This document shows positions 60,501 to 64,000 of a DNA stretch of 64,000 nucleotides, in pieces (the stretch's first letter is position 1; the number at the start of each line of letters is the position of its first letter). The notes below the pieces were generated by a model that made no database searches, was not told the DNA's origin, and saw only the letters and a program-made list of their open reading frames with translations. A program made the position numbers and the translations under genes. Source of the stretch: Cyanophora paradoxa CCMP329 (taxonomy: Eukaryota; Plantae; Glaucophyta); the NCBI GenBank assembly GCA_004431415.1, contig QPMI01000658.1, positions 1-64,000 of the forward strand, read 5' to 3'.

Positions 60501-61084
60501 ACCGCAGTCTCGCCTGCGGCGCTGGCAGGCGTGTGGCAATAGATTTTCGTCGTCGTCGTCACGGCCGTATCCTGCGGGTTTTCGTTTTAATTTCCCCACA
60601 TCCACACCCGAGCTATCCGTCACCGATACCGAATAGCGCACGCCCCGCATGGCAAATGCGCACCACGGCGCACTCATCGCCGGTGGGGCCGCCAATGAGG
60701 ACGGCGTCCATGCTGAGCGTCGCAATCGGACGCGCGGGCGTAAGATTTGACAACGGAATGGTCAACTCACTCGGCGCCTGCACCTCGTGAAGGAGCCGTC
60801 GTAGGCAGAGAAACCGGTCCCCGTAATTGTGAGGAGCGTGCCACCTGCTATGGACCCAACTGCAACGGAGCCTGACATTGTAGATGCCGTGACGGTCGTA
60901 ATGGCTGGCGAGAACAAGTTGCGATTGTGGAGGGCAGTTAGAGCATGTCGGGTGCATGCATCCGTACAAATATTCGAATTCAATATGCACTTGGCGCGGC
61001 CGTGGACGTCGACGCGGAGAACGCCAGGATGACGCAAAGCCCGATCGCGACCAGCTGCAGAAGCGCCATGTGCATGCGGCTCAT
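39558..61084 (-). CDS. Very large multi-exon fibrocystin-L (PKHD1L1)-like type-I membrane protein: signal peptide, IPT/TIG repeats, PA14, inserted CAP domain, two G8 domains, beta-helix repeats, Ser-Pro stalk, TM, cytoplasmic tail
   Basis: Signal [18 protein letters not shown]; repeated TIG starts ([50 protein letters not shown]); PA14-like RFSGWFVAP; G8-like [16 protein letters not shown]...[10 protein letters not shown]...[11 protein letters not shown] and [11 protein letters not shown]; [16 protein letters not shown]; [11 protein letters not shown]; [26 protein letters not shown]; stop at 39558. Dozens of mostly 50-100-bp introns; the exon map is not fully resolved and the start could be 61084, 61075 or 61069. 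Confidence 0.9.
40510..41190 (-). repeat. Coding 51-bp tandem repeat, about 12 copies of [17 protein letters not shown]
   Basis: Visible in the DNA and in ORF 40142..41371. Confidence 0.95.
54285..55460 (-). other. CAP/SCP/PR-1 domain exons inside the fibrocystin-L-like gene
   Basis: Spliced motifs [72 protein letters not shown]. Confidence 0.85.
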
Positions 61085-61680
61085 GTGTACGGATGGCGCT
61101 CGGCTTGCACTTGAACGTACGCGTACGCGTGGCCGTACGCGTGCCCCATCCGTCATAACCAGCGTTCTGGATGCCATGGGCACGGCCACTAAACAGCCCG
61201 GCCTGGCGCCTGGCGGGCACTGGCAGTGACCGCGACCCACAGCGCTGCAACTGCAGTGCAGGTGCAAATGCAGTGTCAACTCGGACTCGGGGAGTCAACT
61301 GCAGTGCAGCCTGTGCAGGTGTATATGCGAGTATCCTGCTGTGAGCTCGAGGCTGTGTCGCCGCTGTGACCGTGACGCACCGTGGTCCGTGGCACGCGCT
61401 ATTACGTCTACCGGAGTAGTATCATAGTATATACGTACGTAAGACGTTTTACGTACTAGTACTACGCGATACGGTAGTACTGTAAAGCAGGAATTCGAAG
61501 TCGGGAGACTCGGCCCCGAGTCGGGACTCGGGACTCCGGGACCCGGGAGTCGCGATCGAGTCGGGAGTCGGGACTCGGGACTCCGCTACAAGTTATTTGG
61601 AACCGTGTGGCTTTCCGCCATAGTAACTTTTCAAGTTTCCCAGCCTAGAAACTCGGGCCTTAACTTATAATTACGGCGTC

Positions 61681-61941
61681 CCGTGTAACACATAAATACT
61701 GGACTCACTTAATTAACAGAGTCCCAAATTAACAGACCGAAATTCTGACATAGTCTGTTAATTTGGGACTCTGCTAATTTGCCGCTGTCAGTTTTACCAT
61801 TCAATCTACCCCGCCAACATTACCGCCCCATACAAGCCCAAATGTTTCAGTCTGTTAATTTGGGACTCTGTTATTTCGCCTAAAGGAGGGCCAGATTTTA
61901 TAACCTGTTAATGAACGGGCTGTTATTTTAGTGTTACACGG
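61681..61941. mobile_element. 261-bp MITE with CCGTGTAACAC termini; related ends to the 6335 MITE
   Basis: TIR CCGTGTAACAC...GTGTTACACGG|TA; internal inverted repeats AGTCCCAAATTAACAGAC. The left flank is TC rather than TA. Confidence 0.8.
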
Positions 61942-62344
61942 TAGTACTACGGTACTCGCGATCGGAGGCTTGGACTCGGGAGTCGGGAGCTCGGATAATG
62001 GTATGATAGTACTACCGTACTACTACGGTACTCGCGATCGGATCGGAGGCTCGGATCCAGAGGCTGCGCATGCGGACCCGTGAGCTCGAGGCTGTTAACG
62101 TTCCGAAGTTCCAAACTTCAGGCCGGGCTTCCAGTCTCCCGGGGCCCAGACTCTGAGACTCCCGCCGTCTCCCGGATCCGGACTCCGGACCGGAGTCCCC
62201 GGGCCCAGCGCTAGCCGGCTCAGAGCCTCGCCGAGTTGGCTCGGCCCTAGCTATAGCCTATAGGCCTTAGCTGCAGCCTGGCAGGCCGCTCCAGTCTCCC
62301 AGATCGTCCCAGACTCCCAGGCTCCGGATCATGGTCCATTGATA

Positions 62345-62575
62345 ATTAACAGGTTATAAAATCCGGCCCTCCCTTAGGCGAAATAACAGAGTCCCAAATT
62401 AACAGACTGTGAAAATTCGGGCTTGTATGGGGCGGTAATATTGGGGGGTAGGTTGTATGGGTCGACTGAACGGCAGCGAATTAGCAGTCCCAAATTAACA
62501 GACTATGTCAAAATTTCGGTCTGTTAATTTGAGACTCTGTTATTTAAGTGAGCCCAGTAATTATGTGTTCTACGG
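62345..62575 (-). mobile_element. Truncated inverted copy of the 61681 MITE
   Basis: Reverse-complement match to about 61681-61912 with scattered differences. Confidence 0.8.
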
Positions 62576-62588
62576 TACGTAAGCACTA

Positions 62589-62888
62589 CGTAGTTAAAAC
62601 ATGATGGTGATGTCACGCTTTGCATGATGTCAGGTTAATTTCGAAGTAATTTCGAGTCTCTACGTAGCTATATAGCGCGGGCGCTAATTCTTTACGATTA
62701 GCGCCCGTCATCGGAAGCTACGTTCTTACGATTTCTAGTGAAACAGCCAATGGGATGCCAGTGCCGGATGGGTACGCAAAGTATCAGCACACTACGAGCT
62801 CGGAGGCTAGTCGGAGCAAGCGACACCCAGACGGCACTTACATCATGATGGCATCACACTTTTTTCCCCACAGTTAATTTTCACTACG
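62589..62888. mobile_element. Possible 300-bp MITE with short TIRs and TA TSD
   Basis: TA|CGTAGTTAAAA ... TTTTCACTACG|TA. Confidence 0.4.
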
Positions 62889-62921
62889 TATACGTAGCTA
62901 TAGTGGGCGACAGCGAAACAC

Positions 62922-62997
62922 AGCCTATGTCAAAATCTCGGTCTGTTAATTTGGGACTCTGTTAATAAAGTGCGAACAGTATTTAGGTGTTACACGG
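62922..62997 (-). mobile_element. Terminal fragment of a third copy of the 61681 MITE family
   Basis: CTATGTCAAAAT.TCGGTCTGTTAATTTGGGACTCTGTT...GTGTTACACGG|TA. Confidence 0.75.
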
Positions 62998-63663
62998 TAT
63001 TTATAATATATTAACGTACGGTGCTGGTAAGCGTGCGCACGGTACTGGCGAGCCAGGGATTTGCACCCATTGGTCGATTTCCATGTGGTATATCATTCGT
63101 CGGAGTGCTTTAATTGTTTTTACAAAAAACGATTTTTTGAACACAGGTTCTGAATGTGTGTAGTAAGTGTTGCATGCTGGCCGGGAGCCTGGCCCATTAA
63201 TATTAATATTGCTGGGCCATTGCTGGCCCCCATTGCATATTGCTGGGGCTTCCGGGACTCGGGAGGACCGGGCCCGGACTCCGGGAATCCGGATCATCGG
63301 ATCTGGGATCTGGATTCTGGATCCCACGGATATATCTCGATTCCGGGATTTTCTTTCAAGTGCTAGTACTGACTCAGTGATCGGTCGGTTTGCAGTGAAC
63401 CTCACAGTTAAAACCCCGCATCGCATTAATAGACCTCATCGATAATCAAAGCAATTTACGATCGATTCCTTACCAATGCCCGATAGGAATCGTAAATTGC
63501 TCACTTTTCATCAACCCTCGATCAAAAACCATGACCCCCTACCTATGCCTCTCATATATATCTATCGACTTTATTGATAAATCACATTTTCTCTCTTTAC
63601 CCATGACCCCCTCCCTGTGGTTTTACTGTGAAAATGAATGAAATCAATTATATTTGAATTCAA

Positions 63664-64000
63664 TTACAACTGGTGACGCGGATCCGGACCCTCAGAAAGG
63701 GGAGAGTGGTCATAAACGTAAGGGATAATGTAATTCTCCGCATCTTCTTCAGTAATCGATAGAGCTTTGAAACGGTCACCATCGATTTCAACCTTGATGA
63801 AGAAAGAAGGATACGGGAAGGTCTTCTGCTTTGCCCAGCTCACCTCGTAGATCGCCACACCTCTTTTCTGTGTATTGCTCAGTCGTAAATCGCGTTAAAA
63901 CTGAATATGAAGCTTACCATATTATCCTCACGCTCGAAGATGGGCAGAGGCTTGAGAAGGAGATGGCAGTTCTTCTTGAAATTCTTGAATGCCTCGACAC
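63664..64000 (-). CDS. 3' end of a spliced gene running off the window; product unknown
   Basis: ..VEAFKNFKKNCHLLLKPLPIFEREDNM | 50-bp GTAAG..CAG intron (63917-63868) | KRGVAIYEVSWAKQ...DPRHQL*. Lower GC than the other host genes. Confidence 0.55.

Noticed and set aside
63664-64000. Calling the right-edge gene a transposase
   Set aside because: Lower GC and nearby MITEs are suggestive, but no catalytic motif is visible in the fragment.

Overview
GC-rich, intron-dense eukaryotic DNA, probably an alga or protist; I cannot identify the taxon from sequence alone. The main feature is an 18.7-kb Ty3/Gypsy LTR retrotransposon (11657-30342) with identical 256-bp LTRs (TGTCG...CGACA) and a 5-bp ATTAG target-site duplication. 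Its fragmented ORFs join, through about 21 single-base -1 shifts, into one reading frame of about 5,650 codons: Gag with two Zn knuckles, about 3,100 aa of unrecognised cargo including RGG and RS (SR-like) tracts, then protease, RT, RNase H and integrase. Most shifts look like homopolymer assembly errors. Two coincide with in-phase slippery heptamers followed by hairpins, suggesting retrovirus-style double -1 frameshifting. Host genes: the 3' part of an NCL/EF-CAX-like Ca2+/cation exchanger whose last four exons are duplicated downstream; a small acidic gene between the two exon sets; a claudin/amastin-like membrane protein; two small orphan genes; a 21.5-kb fibrocystin-L (PKHD1L1)-like gene with an inserted CAP/PR-1 domain; and a partial gene at the right edge. 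Also present are hAT-type and TA-TSD MITEs, frequent GC-AG introns, and non-coding DNA dense in short palindromes. All gene models were built by hand and need transcript confirmation.
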